A DNA stretch of 64,000 nt from Acutalibacteraceae bacterium (GCA_963610315.1 CAVDMV010000005.1:22659-86658), one strand, 5' to 3'; positions 28,294 to 39,378 are shown, numbered from the stretch's first letter. A program made the numbers and translations. The notes: generated by a model not told the origin, from the sequence alone.

Positions 28294-28731
28294 ATGGTGT
28301 TAAAAATGGAAGAAAATAAAAAAGAAGAACAAGTAAATATTTACGTAGGTAAAGAATATAAACATTGGAATCAAGAGAATAAATATATTCCTAAGATGAT
28401 TGAAATTTATTGTCACGGAAAACATAAGACTAAAGGTCATACTTTATGCCCAGAATGCCAAGAATTAAATGAATATGCATTATTTAGATTATCTAAATGT
28501 CCATTTAAAAAGAATAAGGGATTTTGCTCATTTTGTAAGATTCATTGCTATAAACCTGATATGAAGGTCAAAATTAAAGATGTAATGAAATATTCTGGTC
28601 CGAGAATGCTATTTGTTAATCCTGTATTTGCCATTTCTCATGTAACTCAAATGCTTAAATATAAAAGAGCATTAAAAAAACAAGCGAAATTAAAAGAAAA
28701 AGAACAAGCAAAAAAAGAAGGTGAAAACTAA
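28294..28731 (+). CDS. Cys-rich small protein, YgbA / nitrous-oxide-stimulated-promoter family-like
   Basis: Cysteine pattern CHGKHKTKGHTLCPECQELNEYALFRLSKCPFKKNKGFCSFCKIHCYKPDM. Confidence 0.45.
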   Translation: MVLKMEENKKEEQVNIYVGKEYKHWNQENKYIPKMIEIYCHGKHKTKGHTLCPECQELNEYALFRLSKCPFKKNKGFCSFCKIHCYKPDMKVKIKDVMKYSGPRMLFVNPVFAISHVTQMLKYKRALKKQAKLKEKEQAKKEGEN

Positions 28732-30482
28732 TGATAGATAAGGACTTATTTAGATTATTAGGTAAAAATAAGAAATATATTTTTATTGTTGTTTTCTTAA
28801 TGGTAGTTGGTTTAATCGCGAATATTACTTTTTATGGAGGAATTGCCTTAGGAGTTAATGAACTTCTTAATAACCGAACTAATGTTAGTTTTAATAACTT
28901 TATTTTACCTATCATCATGATTGTTTGTTCAATTATTGTTAGATATATATCTTCTAGAGCCAGTGGAGAAGTAAAAGATATCTTAGGAAGAAAAGTTAAA
29001 AAAGAATTAAGAGGAAAGATTTATAATAAAATTCTTTCTTTAGGCTGTAAGAATCTTGATGATATTAATATGGCTGGATTAACTCAAATATCAATGGAAG
29101 GAATTGAACAACTTGATATTTATTATTCAACATATTTACCTCAATTCTTCTATGCGATGATCGCGCCTTTTATTCTATTCGCTGTATGCGTATTCTTTGA
29201 TTGGAGAGCTTCTTTAGCCTTAATTTGCTTAGTACCTTTTATTCCTGCAAGTATTATCGCAGTAAGTAAATATGCGAAAAAGGTATTCGCGAAATACTGG
29301 GGTAAGTATATTTCAATGGGTGATTATTTCTTAGATGCGACATCAGGATTAAAAGAATTAAAAATCTTTAATTATGATAAAGAAAAGCATAAAGAAATGA
29401 ACGCGCATTCTGAAGAATTTAGAAAGATTACGATGAAAGTCTTAATTATGCAACTAGCTTCAACGACGATTATGGATACGATTGCTTATGGAGGAGCAGG
29501 TCTTGGTATAGCCTTAACATTAATCGGCTTAAATAATGGATGGGTAAATAATATTGCTATTTCATTATTTATTATCTTTATGGCTGTTGATTTCTTTTTA
29601 CCTATGAGACAATTTGGTTCAGCTTTCCACGTAGGAATGAACGGCGCTTCCGCAGGAAAAAAGATTCTTAATTTATTAAATGAAAAAGAATTAGATTTTG
29701 GTGATGATAAAGTAACTGAACCAAGCATTACTTTTAAAGATGTTACTTTCTCATATGATGGAAAAAGAAATATCTTAAATAACGTTAATATGGTATTTAA
29801 AAAGAATTCATTAACTTCGATTGTTGGTGAATCTGGAAGCGGAAAATCTACCATTGCCAATTTAATTATTGGTTCACTTAAAGTAGGGGAAGGAACTATC
29901 TTAGTTGGAGATAAACCATTATATTCTTTATCGAGAGTTAGATATTATGGTACTCTAGGCGTAGTTTCTTATAACACTTATGTTTTTAATGAATCAATTA
30001 GAGAAAATTTCCGTCTTGCGAAAGTTGATATTACAGATGAAGAAATTTATCATTATTTAAAACTTGTTAACCTCGATGAATTTGTAAGAAATAACGGGGG
30101 TTTAGATAAAGTAATTCTTGAAGAAGGAAACAATATTTCAGGAGGACAAAAACAACGTTTAGTTCTTGCGATTAATTTATCAAGTAATAAAGATATTTAT
30201 ATCTTTGATGAAGCGACTTCAAATATTGATGTTGACTCCGAAACAATTATTATGAATAACATTAAAGAGATGAGTAAAACACATACGATTATCTTAATCT
30301 CTCATCGTTTAGAAAATGTTGTTACTAGTGATAATATTTATTATTTAGAAAATGGTGAAATTAAAGAAAGTGGAACGCACGAAGAATTAATGTCACTAAA
30401 TAAGGAATATGCTGCCCTATATAATAAACAAAAATCATTAGAATGTGGATATAAGGAGGAACTAGGATATGGAAAAAACTAG
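28731..30482 (+). CDS. ABC exporter, fused permease-ATPase half-transporter (CydD-like)
   Basis: Six N-terminal TM segments, then an NBD with Walker A GESGSGKST, signature ISGGQKQRLVLA and Walker B IYIFDEATS. The start overlaps the stop of the preceding gene. Confidence 0.7.
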   Translation: MIDKDLFRLLGKNKKYIFIVVFLMVVGLIANITFYGGIALGVNELLNNRTNVSFNNFILPIIMIVCSIIVRYISSRASGEVKDILGRKVKKELRGKIYNKILSLGCKNLDDINMAGLTQISMEGIEQLDIYYSTYLPQFFYAMIAPFILFAVCVFFDWRASLALICLVPFIPASIIAVSKYAKKVFAKYWGKYISMGDYFLDATSGLKELKIFNYDKEKHKEMNAHSEEFRKITMKVLIMQLASTTIMDTIAYGGAGLGIALTLIGLNNGWVNNIAISLFIIFMAVDFFLPMRQFGSAFHVGMNGASAGKKILNLLNEKELDFGDDKVTEPSITFKDVTFSYDGKRNILNNVNMVFKKNSLTSIVGESGSGKSTIANLIIGSLKVGEGTILVGDKPLYSLSRVRYYGTLGVVSYNTYVFNESIRENFRLAKVDITDEEIYHYLKLVNLDEFVRNNGGLDKVILEEGNNISGGQKQRLVLAINLSSNKDIYIFDEATSNIDVDSETIIMNNIKEMSKTHTIILISHRLENVVTSDNIYYLENGEIKESGTHEELMSLNKEYAALYNKQKSLECGYKEELGYGKN

Positions 30483-32136
30483 AAGAAGTGGTCTTAAGAT
30501 CATGGCAAGTTTAATTACTATCTTAGGTAGCTTTGCTTATATCTTAATTCTAGCCGTTATAAATGGTAGTTTTGGTTATCTTCTTGCAATGGGAGTAACA
30601 GTATTTGGTTCAATCGGTTTAGGTTTATTTATTGAAACTGGTAGTATTCCTTTATGGGTAATTTTAGTAACTATTGGATGTGGTGTTCTTAGAGGTGGAG
30701 TTAGATATATCGAACAATATTCTAATCATTATATCGCTTTTAAATTACTCGCGGTGCTTAGAGATAAGATTTTCGCTCATTTAAGAGTTCTTGCTCCTAG
30801 TAAACTCGATACGAAAAAGAAAGGATCTCTTGTTAGCTTAATTACTTCTGATATTGAAACTTTAGAAGTATTTTACGCACATACTATTTCACCAATTTGT
30901 ATCGCGTTAGTTACTTGTACTTTTATTGCTGTTTTTGTTGGTATTTATGCTTCGTTCTATTTTAGTATTATCGCAGTAATTGCTTATATAATTATCGGTA
31001 TTATTATGCCTTTAATCACTTCAAAAGCATTAAAAAATTCTGGAGTAAAATACCGTGAAGAATTCGCTTTATTTAATGCTTATTACTTAGATTCAATTAA
31101 AGGTGTAAAAGAAATTGTTATTAATAATGCAATAGAAAGAAGAGAAGAACAAGTTAATAAAAAATCTGATGAATTATTATTAGAAACAAAAAAGATTAAA
31201 CATCTTTCTTCAATTGCTTCTTCTATCTGCGAATTAGTCGTCTTTATTATCATTTGTATCTCTTTAACGATTGGTATTCTTTTATTCACTAATGAAGTGA
31301 TTTCTTTAGATAAAATGATAGTTGCGTTAGTTTCTATTTTTTCATCATTTGGACCAGTTATTGCTTTAAGTGCTTTACCTTCTAACTTAACTCAAACATT
31401 CGCGTCTGGTGAAAGAGTTTTATCATTACTAGAAGAAAAGCCTCAAGTAGAAGAAATTAAAAACAAATTCGACTTTGATTTTAAATCTTTAAAAGTAAGA
31501 GATGTTAAATTTGGCTATGATGAAAAAGTAATTCTTAAAGATATTAATTTAGATTTATCGATAGGAGAAATAGTAGGCATTCAAGGTGAATCAGGATCTG
31601 GTAAATCAACTTTATTAAAACTATTATTAAGATTTTATAAAAAGAATGAAGGACAAATTCTTTATAACGATATCGATATTGAAGAGATTAATTCTTTATC
31701 GCTTTTAGATAATGTTACAATGGTTTCTCAATCGACATATCTATTTGATGATACAATCTTAAATAATATTAAAATTGCAAAAAAAGACGCGACTAAAGAA
31801 GAAATTATTGAAGCGTGTAAAAAGGCTTCAATTCATGATTTTATTCTCACGTTAGAAAATGGTTATGATACCTTAGTTGGAGGAACTAGAGACAATATCT
31901 CGGCAGGAGAAACGCAGCGAATCGGTTTAGCGCGTGCCTTCTTAAAAGGTAGTAAAGTAATCTTATTAGATGAACCAACTTCTAATGTTGACGCGATTAA
32001 TGAAGGTATTATTTTAAAAGCATTAGTTGATCAAAAAGCTCATCATGCGATAATTATTGTTTCTCATCGAGAATCAACTCTTGCTATCTCTGACCGCATT
32101 TATTATATGAATGAAGGAAGTTTATCAACAAAATAA
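30469..32136 (+). CDS. ABC exporter, fused permease-ATPase half-transporter (CydC-like partner)
   Basis: TM domain plus an NBD with Walker A GESGSGKST, signature ISAGETQRIGLARA and Walker B ILLDEPTS. Overlaps the previous gene, so a heterodimeric exporter is likely. Confidence 0.7.
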   Translation: MEKTRRSGLKIMASLITILGSFAYILILAVINGSFGYLLAMGVTVFGSIGLGLFIETGSIPLWVILVTIGCGVLRGGVRYIEQYSNHYIAFKLLAVLRDKIFAHLRVLAPSKLDTKKKGSLVSLITSDIETLEVFYAHTISPICIALVTCTFIAVFVGIYASFYFSIIAVIAYIIIGIIMPLITSKALKNSGVKYREEFALFNAYYLDSIKGVKEIVINNAIERREEQVNKKSDELLLETKKIKHLSSIASSICELVVFIIICISLTIGILLFTNEVISLDKMIVALVSIFSSFGPVIALSALPSNLTQTFASGERVLSLLEEKPQVEEIKNKFDFDFKSLKVRDVKFGYDEKVILKDINLDLSIGEIVGIQGESGSGKSTLLKLLLRFYKKNEGQILYNDIDIEEINSLSLLDNVTMVSQSTYLFDDTILNNIKIAKKDATKEEIIEACKKASIHDFILTLENGYDTLVGGTRDNISAGETQRIGLARAFLKGSKVILLDEPTSNVDAINEGIILKALVDQKAHHAIIIVSHRESTLAISDRIYYMNEGSLSTK

Positions 32137-32227
32137 ATTTTTGAGCATAAGGACTTATTCTTTATGCTTTTTTATTGCTTGTAGAAATTTAAATGATATA
32201 CTTAAAGAAAGTTTAGGAGGAACGAAT

Positions 32228-32623
32228 ATGAAATATTGTAAAAAATGTGGAAATGAATTAGATGACAACGCAAATTTTTGTACTAAATGTGGCTCAAAAC
32301 AAGTTGAAACAATCGAAGCAGAAGTAGTTAATAATAATTATGCTTCAGGTTTTGAACAAAATATTTCTCAAGATTTAAAGAATGCGGCGAAATTTACTAG
32401 TGATAATATCTCACCTTGCTCAAGAACTGTCGCGGCTGTTTTAGCTTTCTTTTTAGGAGGATTTGGTATTCATCGTTTCTATGTAGGAAAAATTACTTCC
32501 GGCGTATTTATGTTATTATTCTGTTGGACATTTATTCCTTCAATCATCGCTTTTATTGATTTTATTATTATTTTATGTGGATCATTTAAAGATGGTGAAG
32601 GTAGAGATATTAAAGCTCTTTAA
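32228..32623 (+). CDS. Zinc-ribbon plus TM2-domain membrane protein
   Basis: N-terminal CKKCGNEL....CTKCG zinc ribbon. C-terminal FFLGGFGIHRFYVGK TM2-domain motif with two TM segments. RBS GGAGGA. Confidence 0.6.
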   Translation: MKYCKKCGNELDDNANFCTKCGSKQVETIEAEVVNNNYASGFEQNISQDLKNAAKFTSDNISPCSRTVAAVLAFFLGGFGIHRFYVGKITSGVFMLLFCWTFIPSIIAFIDFIIILCGSFKDGEGRDIKAL

Positions 32624-32628
32624 GAAAA

Positions 32629-32668
32629 AAGAAAAAGGAAACTTGTAACAAAGTTTCCTTTTTTTTGC
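32629..32668. terminator. Bidirectional terminator between convergent genes
   Basis: Hairpin GGAAACTTGTAACAAAGTTTCC flanked by A runs upstream and T runs downstream. Confidence 0.65.
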
Positions 32669-32679
32669 CCTTTTAAGAC

Positions 32680-35600
32680 TTATTTTTGCTCGAATTTAAC
32701 TTCTCGATATGTTTTATCGATTAATGAATATAAGTAGGCTCTAACTAGTTTATAAGGCAACTTTTTCGCGATGAAATTATAATAAACTTCTAATTGCTTA
32801 TCATAGTTTTCATCATCAATATGCTTTGTCTTGTAATCTATTATATCGACGTGATCTTTATATATGACAAGTAAATCGATAATGCCGTGAACATCATTAT
32901 CAATGAATTCATATTCTTTATAAATACCTTCGGCATTTAAGATATCTTTATTCAACGGATTTTCTAAGAAACTTTTTGCTAGGTTTACGATCTTTTCATC
33001 TTTAATAAATGAATAATCAGGATTTTTAAAATCAAGAATTTCCATTACTTCATGTAAATGTGTACCTAGTTCTAAAAGTTCAGTATTAGTTTCAAGAACT
33101 AATTGTTTTGAAGCATGTTTTAATATTATTTTTTCTTCATTAAAAGAAATAGGAGTAAAATTAAATTTTTCTTTCTTAATTTCTGTTGGAGGTAATGTTA
33201 ATTTAATGTTTTCATTTTCTATATAAGAAATAGTTTCATATTTAGAAGAATTAACTATTGGAGAAATAAAATCGACAAAAGAATTTGCATCTTCAATATT
33301 TTTAATTTTATATTCATCATTTAAGACGAAGATCATTTTTTCTTTCGCACGAGTTAAGGCAACATAGAATAATCTAATTCTTTCTGATAACGCTTCTTTT
33401 TTTCTTTTGTTATCAATGACTAAACGCATAGGATGTTCTTTTTTTTCATCTTTTACTGGTAAGGATATACCAATTTCATCGATATCATATTCATTACAAG
33501 TTGCTTTTTTTAAGAAATTTGATTCAAGCATTGGAAAATAGATTATAGGGAATTCTAATCCTTTTGATTTATGAATATTCATAATTTTTACTGAATCTAA
33601 AGAGGTAGATGTACTTGGTAATTCAATTTTAAGTTTATATTCTTCGATATTATCTAAATAAGAAATAAAATCATCTAATGAATAATCTAGTTTTGACATA
33701 TCTTTGAAATAAGATAAGAATTTATCTAAATATGCTTCATTTTTTTCAATATCTCCAATACGAATTAATTTAACGTAGAAATCTAATTTTTCAATGACTT
33801 TTTCAATAATTAAATAAATAGGTAGAGATGAATTAGTATCAAGAACATCTTTTAAATTCTTGATGATGTAATCATTTTTAAATGAAGACGAATTAATAAC
33901 TTCATAAATTTTTTCGTCGCTATATTGAAATAAGAAACTACGGGCTAAAGAAATATAGGCTGATTTAAAATCGATATTAGTTTCATAAGATTCTTCTTTA
34001 ATTGTATTTAAAACAATGAATAAATTCTTTAATAAGAGAATGATGATATTTTTCGATATATCTTCATTTTCTTCAACGTAAAGTGGGATTTGATATTCGT
34101 TAAAAACCTTTTTAAATAAGCCAAAATTAGTTCCTTGATCAATAAGAATACAGAAATCTTTAAAAGAAGCTTTTCGCGCGGACGTATCTTTAAAAGGAAT
34201 AAAGACTTTATAACCATTATTAATTTTCGTAATAATATCTTCTGCGATAATTCTTATTTCTTTTTCGCTTGCTTCATTAGAACGCATTTCGCCTTTTGAA
34301 TAAGTAATAAATGTTGTATGGTAATTATTATCAGGATCTTTACAACCACTATCTTCATATTTAGTATTTCCAAATTCGATGATATGATCTTTTTTATAAT
34401 CAGCATCACCATAATCTAAAGTCATAAAGGAAGAAAAGAAATCATTAATATCACTTAAAACTTCATCTCTTGAACGAAAATTTTTATTCATATCGATAGC
34501 TTTACCATCTTCTAATTTTTTATATTTAAGATATTTCTTTTTAAAGATGTCGCTTCTTGCGTTTCTAAATGCATAGATTGATTGTTTTATATCACCAACC
34601 ATATAGACGTTATTATTCGCGATAAGAGAAATTAATTCTTCTTGAATTTCTGAAGTATCTTGATATTCATCAATAAGAATCATCTTATATTGATTTTTGA
34701 GTGCGTTACGAACACTTTCGTTAGACTTAACAAGATTTAATGCCATTTTCGCGATATCATTAAATTCAAACGCTTGTTTTTCTTCTTTAAATGCGTATTG
34801 GCGTTTATCTAATTCTTTAACGATTTTTATTAAAGTTTCTGCGTCTTCTTTATTATCTAAAATTAAGTCAAAGAATTCTTTTTCAGTAGATGGTAAAACT
34901 TTAATTTCTTCACCGATCTTTGCCCAAATAGCTTTTGAAGCATCAAAACTGGTGCGATCGGCACAAGAATCTTTGGTGCATGTTGGATATTTGAAATTAA
35001 AGGTACTTATGTAAGAATCATAATTAGAGGAAGAAAGAAAATTATTTGCTACATCTAACATATGGTCAGTTAGATAACGTTTTTCTGCTTTTATATAGAA
35101 ATCTTCAGGTAAATCATAAAAAGAATTTTGTAAATCTTCTTTTAATGATTCTAGTTTTTTATAAAGAGGATTAAAGACATTATTTCTAATATATTCTTCA
35201 TTATAACGAGTTTCGACAAATGTATCTAAAAAGTTTTGTTTATCTAATTGTAATTCAGCTTTTGCATGAATTTTTAAAACCATTTTTTGTATTGCTTCAT
35301 CATCTTTAAAACAATATTTATCGATTAAATGTAAAAAGTCGTTATCGTGTGAAAGATATAATTCATTAAAGATATCTTGAATAATGGATCTTCTTTTAAC
35401 GTCCATAATTGTTTTATCGATGTTAATAAAAGAAGGAGATACATTTAATAAGAAGTGATATTTTTTAACTAGTTTATTCGCGTATCCATCAAAAGTAGAG
35501 ATATCAGAAGTATCAACTTTACTCGCTTCGATATTAGTTTTAGGATCTTGCGCAAGTCTTTTTCTAATACGATCTTTCATTTCTCCGGCGGCTAAATTAG

Positions 35601-35772
35601 TAAATGTAAGAAGGAGAAAATTTTCGATAGAATAGTTTTCTTCTGCGATAAAATGATAGACTCTTTCGCTTAAAACGGCAGTTTTTCCGCTTCCGGCGCC
35701 GGCAGAAACGATGATATTACCTGTTTCTTCAATGGCTCTAAGTTGAGCTTTAGTCCAAGTTCTTTCGGCCAT
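32680..35772 (-). CDS. addA: ATP-dependent helicase/nuclease subunit A (AddA/RexA), compact 1030-aa form
   Basis: UvrD-like N-terminus MAERTWTKAQLRAIE...SAGAGSGKTAVLSERV. C-terminal RecB-type nuclease motif GIIDLLVIYKDHVDIIDYKT. Confidence 0.85.
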   Translation of the reverse strand: MAERTWTKAQLRAIEETGNIIVSAGAGSGKTAVLSERVYHFIAEENYSIENFLLLTFTNLAAGEMKDRIRKRLAQDPKTNIEASKVDTSDISTFDGYANKLVKKYHFLLNVSPSFINIDKTIMDVKRRSIIQDIFNELYLSHDNDFLHLIDKYCFKDDEAIQKMVLKIHAKAELQLDKQNFLDTFVETRYNEEYIRNNVFNPLYKKLESLKEDLQNSFYDLPEDFYIKAEKRYLTDHMLDVANNFLSSSNYDSYISTFNFKYPTCTKDSCADRTSFDASKAIWAKIGEEIKVLPSTEKEFFDLILDNKEDAETLIKIVKELDKRQYAFKEEKQAFEFNDIAKMALNLVKSNESVRNALKNQYKMILIDEYQDTSEIQEELISLIANNNVYMVGDIKQSIYAFRNARSDIFKKKYLKYKKLEDGKAIDMNKNFRSRDEVLSDINDFFSSFMTLDYGDADYKKDHIIEFGNTKYEDSGCKDPDNNYHTTFITYSKGEMRSNEASEKEIRIIAEDIITKINNGYKVFIPFKDTSARKASFKDFCILIDQGTNFGLFKKVFNEYQIPLYVEENEDISKNIIILLLKNLFIVLNTIKEESYETNIDFKSAYISLARSFLFQYSDEKIYEVINSSSFKNDYIIKNLKDVLDTNSSLPIYLIIEKVIEKLDFYVKLIRIGDIEKNEAYLDKFLSYFKDMSKLDYSLDDFISYLDNIEEYKLKIELPSTSTSLDSVKIMNIHKSKGLEFPIIYFPMLESNFLKKATCNEYDIDEIGISLPVKDEKKEHPMRLVIDNKRKKEALSERIRLFYVALTRAKEKMIFVLNDEYKIKNIEDANSFVDFISPIVNSSKYETISYIENENIKLTLPPTEIKKEKFNFTPISFNEEKIILKHASKQLVLETNTELLELGTHLHEVMEILDFKNPDYSFIKDEKIVNLAKSFLENPLNKDILNAEGIYKEYEFIDNDVHGIIDLLVIYKDHVDIIDYKTKHIDDENYDKQLEVYYNFIAKKLPYKLVRAYLYSLIDKTYREVKFEQK

Positions 35773-35773
35773 A

Positions 35774-38068
35774 TTATTCTTCCTCCTTATTTAAATTAAT
35801 ATATCTAATATCTTCATCTTTTTTAAAACAGATGGCTTTGAAATTACATTTTGCACATGAATGTTCATCACTTTTATTTACATAAAGAGGTGAAATATCA
35901 AACTTACCTTGATGAATAAGAGATGAACTTTCGGCGATTTTCTCTTTACTTAGTAAAATAATTTCGTCTAGTTCTTCTTGAGTAATATATGAAGAAGAAT
36001 CAAAACGAGAAATTGCTCCTTTTTTTGTTAATTCTAGACTACCAACATATTTAGATTTACCATCAAGATTTTGATCGAGATGAGAAATAATTTCTTCATC
36101 TTTTAACGTGATCCCTTTTAATAAATAACTTTGATCGATATCTTCATTATCAGTTAAGATATTTTGAATATATAAACCAGTTATTAAATAATCTTTATAA
36201 TTATCTTGAATAAATATCGCGTACGTCGGTAATTGTAAAGATAAACCTAATGGAACGAGTTTCTTATTGAAATTTAAACTTGTTGAAGATTTATAATCAA
36301 TAATAATTACTTCTTTATCCATTTCATTAAAGATTGATTTATCAATTTTTCCAGTTAATAAAGTATTATCATTAATTTTATAATTATAACTTACTTCTCC
36401 AAGAGACTTTTTATATCGAGAAGTTAACGTAAAGTTCTTATTTTTAGTAATTACATCATTAATACGAGGAAGAATTTTATTAATAAAATGAATTTCGCTT
36501 GGAGTAATGAAATTATTTTTAATCTCATCTTTATAGTCATCTAAAGAAATTTCTTTTTTTAAAGAATCTTCAAGGATTTTATGAAATAAGTTACCTACTT
36601 TTATTTCAAAAGTTTCTTCAAAAGAATTATTCTTTAAAAGAATGCGATTGACGAAATATTTAAAAGGACAGGAATTATATTCATTAATCGATGTGTAAGA
36701 TACTTTAATATTGTTATCATTTATAAATTTATCAGAAAATTTAAAAGAATGATTATAACTTAAATAAGCGATGTCTTCTTTTGAATAAGCGTCTAAATAT
36801 GAGGAATTAATATTATAATTTCTTTTTAAATCATATGCTTTCGCGGTTATTATTTTACCTATTGTTTCACTATATAATGAATTATTAATTGAAGCATCAA
36901 CTCTTTTCATTTTTAATTTATCAATTAATAATGAATCAAAGAAGGTTGTTCCTAAGTCTTTACCTTCATTTTTAATTTTTGAAATGTGAATATGAGGATT
37001 TTTCTTAATAAAAGAGATTAAGTTTTCCTCTTCAATTAAGTTTAATTCTCTTGAAGAATTCATTGAACACATTTTCTTTTCTTCGTCAGTTAATAAGGAA
37101 GTATCTTTATGAATGATAGGATAACTTCCTAATGAAAAGCCAAGAACAAATACGTCGTCATCTCCACGATATTCATGATTAACAATACTTATTCCTTCTT
37201 GATAAATAGAAGTTTTAATCTTTTTCTTTTTTGAAGCACTGATTAATAAATTTAGTTTTAAATTATTATCTTCTTCTATCGCTATTATTTCATTTAAAAT
37301 AGTGATAATTTCATTTTTTATACCTAGATCATCTACTCGATTATCAATCATGTTAAGACCTTCTTTAAGACCTTTTTCCTTCGCAAGTACTAGGTATTTT
37401 TGAAATAAAGGAGTGTGATATAAAGTGATTTCACTATGGAAATTAACTGGTAATTTATAAAATGATGCATATTTTTTTACGGTATTTAAATAAACATCAG
37501 GAATAGTGAAAAAATGAATGTTCTTTAAAGAAACACCTTTTAAATTAAGCGCACAGATTTCTTTAAAAGCGTCATTAACTTCTTCTTCAATTTTATTATA
37601 TGATTTAACAATTATTTCTTTTTCTTCGACATTTTCTTCTTCTAAATACTTATAATTTAGATTAAGTGAAGTAAGTGTGTTTTTTAATTCTAAGTCATTT
37701 TTAGAATAATTAATGACGTAGATTTGTTTCTTTAAAAGAAGAAGGAAATTTTTATTTGTTTTTAATAAATTATTCTTTAATAATTCTTCTTTTAAAGAAG
37801 ATAATTCATTTAATTTATTATTTCCACGTGTAATGAAATTAAGATTTTCTAATATCTCTAAACTAGATTCATAAGAATAATTCTTCTTCATTAAATATAG
37901 GATAGCTTTTTTATCATAACTAAAATAGACATTATTAAATAGTTCTTCTTTAGTGATGAATTTATAATTATAGGTAAAATCATCATTAATAATTTGTAAA
38001 ATTTGTTCTTTAGTAGAATTAGGACAAATAATTACACCAGTTTTATTTAGCTTAGTTAAATCGTACAT
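35774..38068 (-). CDS. addB: ATP-dependent helicase/nuclease subunit B (AddB/RexB), compact form
   Basis: Position immediately upstream of addA and co-oriented. C-terminal nuclease / Fe-S cysteines (SCPFKYF, HSCAKCNFKAIC). The N-terminal Walker A is degenerate. Confidence 0.7.
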   Translation of the reverse strand: MYDLTKLNKTGVIICPNSTKEQILQIINDDFTYNYKFITKEELFNNVYFSYDKKAILYLMKKNYSYESSLEILENLNFITRGNNKLNELSSLKEELLKNNLLKTNKNFLLLLKKQIYVINYSKNDLELKNTLTSLNLNYKYLEEENVEEKEIIVKSYNKIEEEVNDAFKEICALNLKGVSLKNIHFFTIPDVYLNTVKKYASFYKLPVNFHSEITLYHTPLFQKYLVLAKEKGLKEGLNMIDNRVDDLGIKNEIITILNEIIAIEEDNNLKLNLLISASKKKKIKTSIYQEGISIVNHEYRGDDDVFVLGFSLGSYPIIHKDTSLLTDEEKKMCSMNSSRELNLIEEENLISFIKKNPHIHISKIKNEGKDLGTTFFDSLLIDKLKMKRVDASINNSLYSETIGKIITAKAYDLKRNYNINSSYLDAYSKEDIAYLSYNHSFKFSDKFINDNNIKVSYTSINEYNSCPFKYFVNRILLKNNSFEETFEIKVGNLFHKILEDSLKKEISLDDYKDEIKNNFITPSEIHFINKILPRINDVITKNKNFTLTSRYKKSLGEVSYNYKINDNTLLTGKIDKSIFNEMDKEVIIIDYKSSTSLNFNKKLVPLGLSLQLPTYAIFIQDNYKDYLITGLYIQNILTDNEDIDQSYLLKGITLKDEEIISHLDQNLDGKSKYVGSLELTKKGAISRFDSSSYITQEELDEIILLSKEKIAESSSLIHQGKFDISPLYVNKSDEHSCAKCNFKAICFKKDEDIRYINLNKEEE

Positions 38069-38194
38069 AGTTTTATCTCCTTACCTAACTATAATTATAC
38101 ATTTTTTATGCGACTTTTTTGTCACATGAGTAATTTTTTATAAAATTTTAATAAAAAAGACGTCAATTATGACGTCTACAAATAATTTTATTAA

Positions 38195-39181
38195 TTACAT
38201 TCTAGTTGATGAACGTTGTGAGAATGTCGCGGTTAATTCGTGATCTCTAGTATTTAGTTCACCTTTTAATAATTTAGTTAACATTCTCATCGCGATTGAA
38301 CCAACTTCATACATATCTAATTCTAATGAAGAAATAGTTGGGCGAGTAATAATTGAATATTTAGTTCCAATAACAGAAAGAACTTCAATATCTTCTGGAA
38401 TTTTTAATCCTACATCAATCGCAGCATTTTGAACTGCGCAGGCAAGAGAAGATCTAGGACAAATGAAATAGCCTGTTTTAATTGATTTAAAATAATCGAC
38501 AAAATAAGAATATACTTCATGATAACTATCAGAACAAGAAATGACTTGTAAATGATCACTTGGAACAGTTTTTGAAGCGACTTCTTGAAGAGAGTCAATT
38601 AATTTTCCTTGTGTAGGAACATGTAATAAAGTAATATTTTTATCTTTTGCATAAGTATTTAATACTTCTTTAAATGCATCAGTTAAATTTAAAGTGATAG
38701 AACCTAATTTTTCACCTTTAATCTTATTACCAATAATGATTGTTGGAACATTATATGATTCAATTGAATGAATATCTGCTTCATCTAATTGATCGTCAAA
38801 TATAATCGCTCCATCGACGTGAGAAGTAATTAATTTAGAAATGACATCTTTAGCTTCTTCTTTAGAATATTTAGTGACGAATAATGTTGTTTGATAACCG
38901 TAAATTTTACCAATATCAATCATACCTGAAAGTAAATTTGTAATATGAACATAATTAGTGTCTGGAATAACAATACCTACATTAGTAGTTCTTGAAGTGG
39001 CTAAACCTTGAGCGAGTGCATTAGGACGATAACCTAATTTTTTAATTGTTTCTTCGACTCTTCTTTTTGTTTCTGGAGTGACATTTGATTGATTATTAAT
39101 AACTCTTGAAACAGTCGCGAGAGAAACGCCGGCATTTTTAGCGACTTCGTAAATAGTAACTCGATCTTTATATACTCCCAT
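38195..39181 (-). CDS. LacI-family transcriptional regulator (CcpA-like)
   Basis: HTH VTIYEVAKNAGVSLATVSRVINN, then a periplasmic-binding-fold sugar-binding domain. A terminator hairpin lies downstream at 38155-38180. Confidence 0.75.
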   Translation of the reverse strand: MGVYKDRVTIYEVAKNAGVSLATVSRVINNQSNVTPETKRRVEETIKKLGYRPNALAQGLATSRTTNVGIVIPDTNYVHITNLLSGMIDIGKIYGYQTTLFVTKYSKEEAKDVISKLITSHVDGAIIFDDQLDEADIHSIESYNVPTIIIGNKIKGEKLGSITLNLTDAFKEVLNTYAKDKNITLLHVPTQGKLIDSLQEVASKTVPSDHLQVISCSDSYHEVYSYFVDYFKSIKTGYFICPRSSLACAVQNAAIDVGLKIPEDIEVLSVIGTKYSIITRPTISSLELDMYEVGSIAMRMLTKLLKGELNTRDHELTATFSQRSSTRM

Positions 39182-39240
39182 AAATATACCTCCGATTAAA
39201 AATCGATTGATTTCACATCTGTGAAAATCAGTTACATTAT

Positions 39241-39258
39241 ATATGAAAATATTTTCAT
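39241..39258. promoter_or_regulatory. Perfect 16-bp palindrome ATGAAAATATTTTCAT, ~60 bp upstream of the LacI-family gene; candidate operator
   Basis: Palindrome read directly from the sequence. It is cre-like in arm sequence (TGAAA..TTTCA) but has AT rather than CG at the centre. Confidence 0.4.
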
Positions 39259-39362
39259 AGTCAATAAATCTTAAAAAGTTAAAAAGAGTGAAAAAGGGTC
39301 ATTTAAGACCATTTATTATTAAAATAGTGTTTTTTTTAATACAAAATAAGCGAAATTAATAT

Positions 39363-39378
39363 TATGAAAATTTTCATG
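39363..39378. promoter_or_regulatory. Second palindrome ATGAAAATTTTCAT in the same intergenic region
   Basis: Same TGAAAAT..ATTTTCA arms as the first site, with a spacer 2 nt shorter. Confidence 0.35.
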
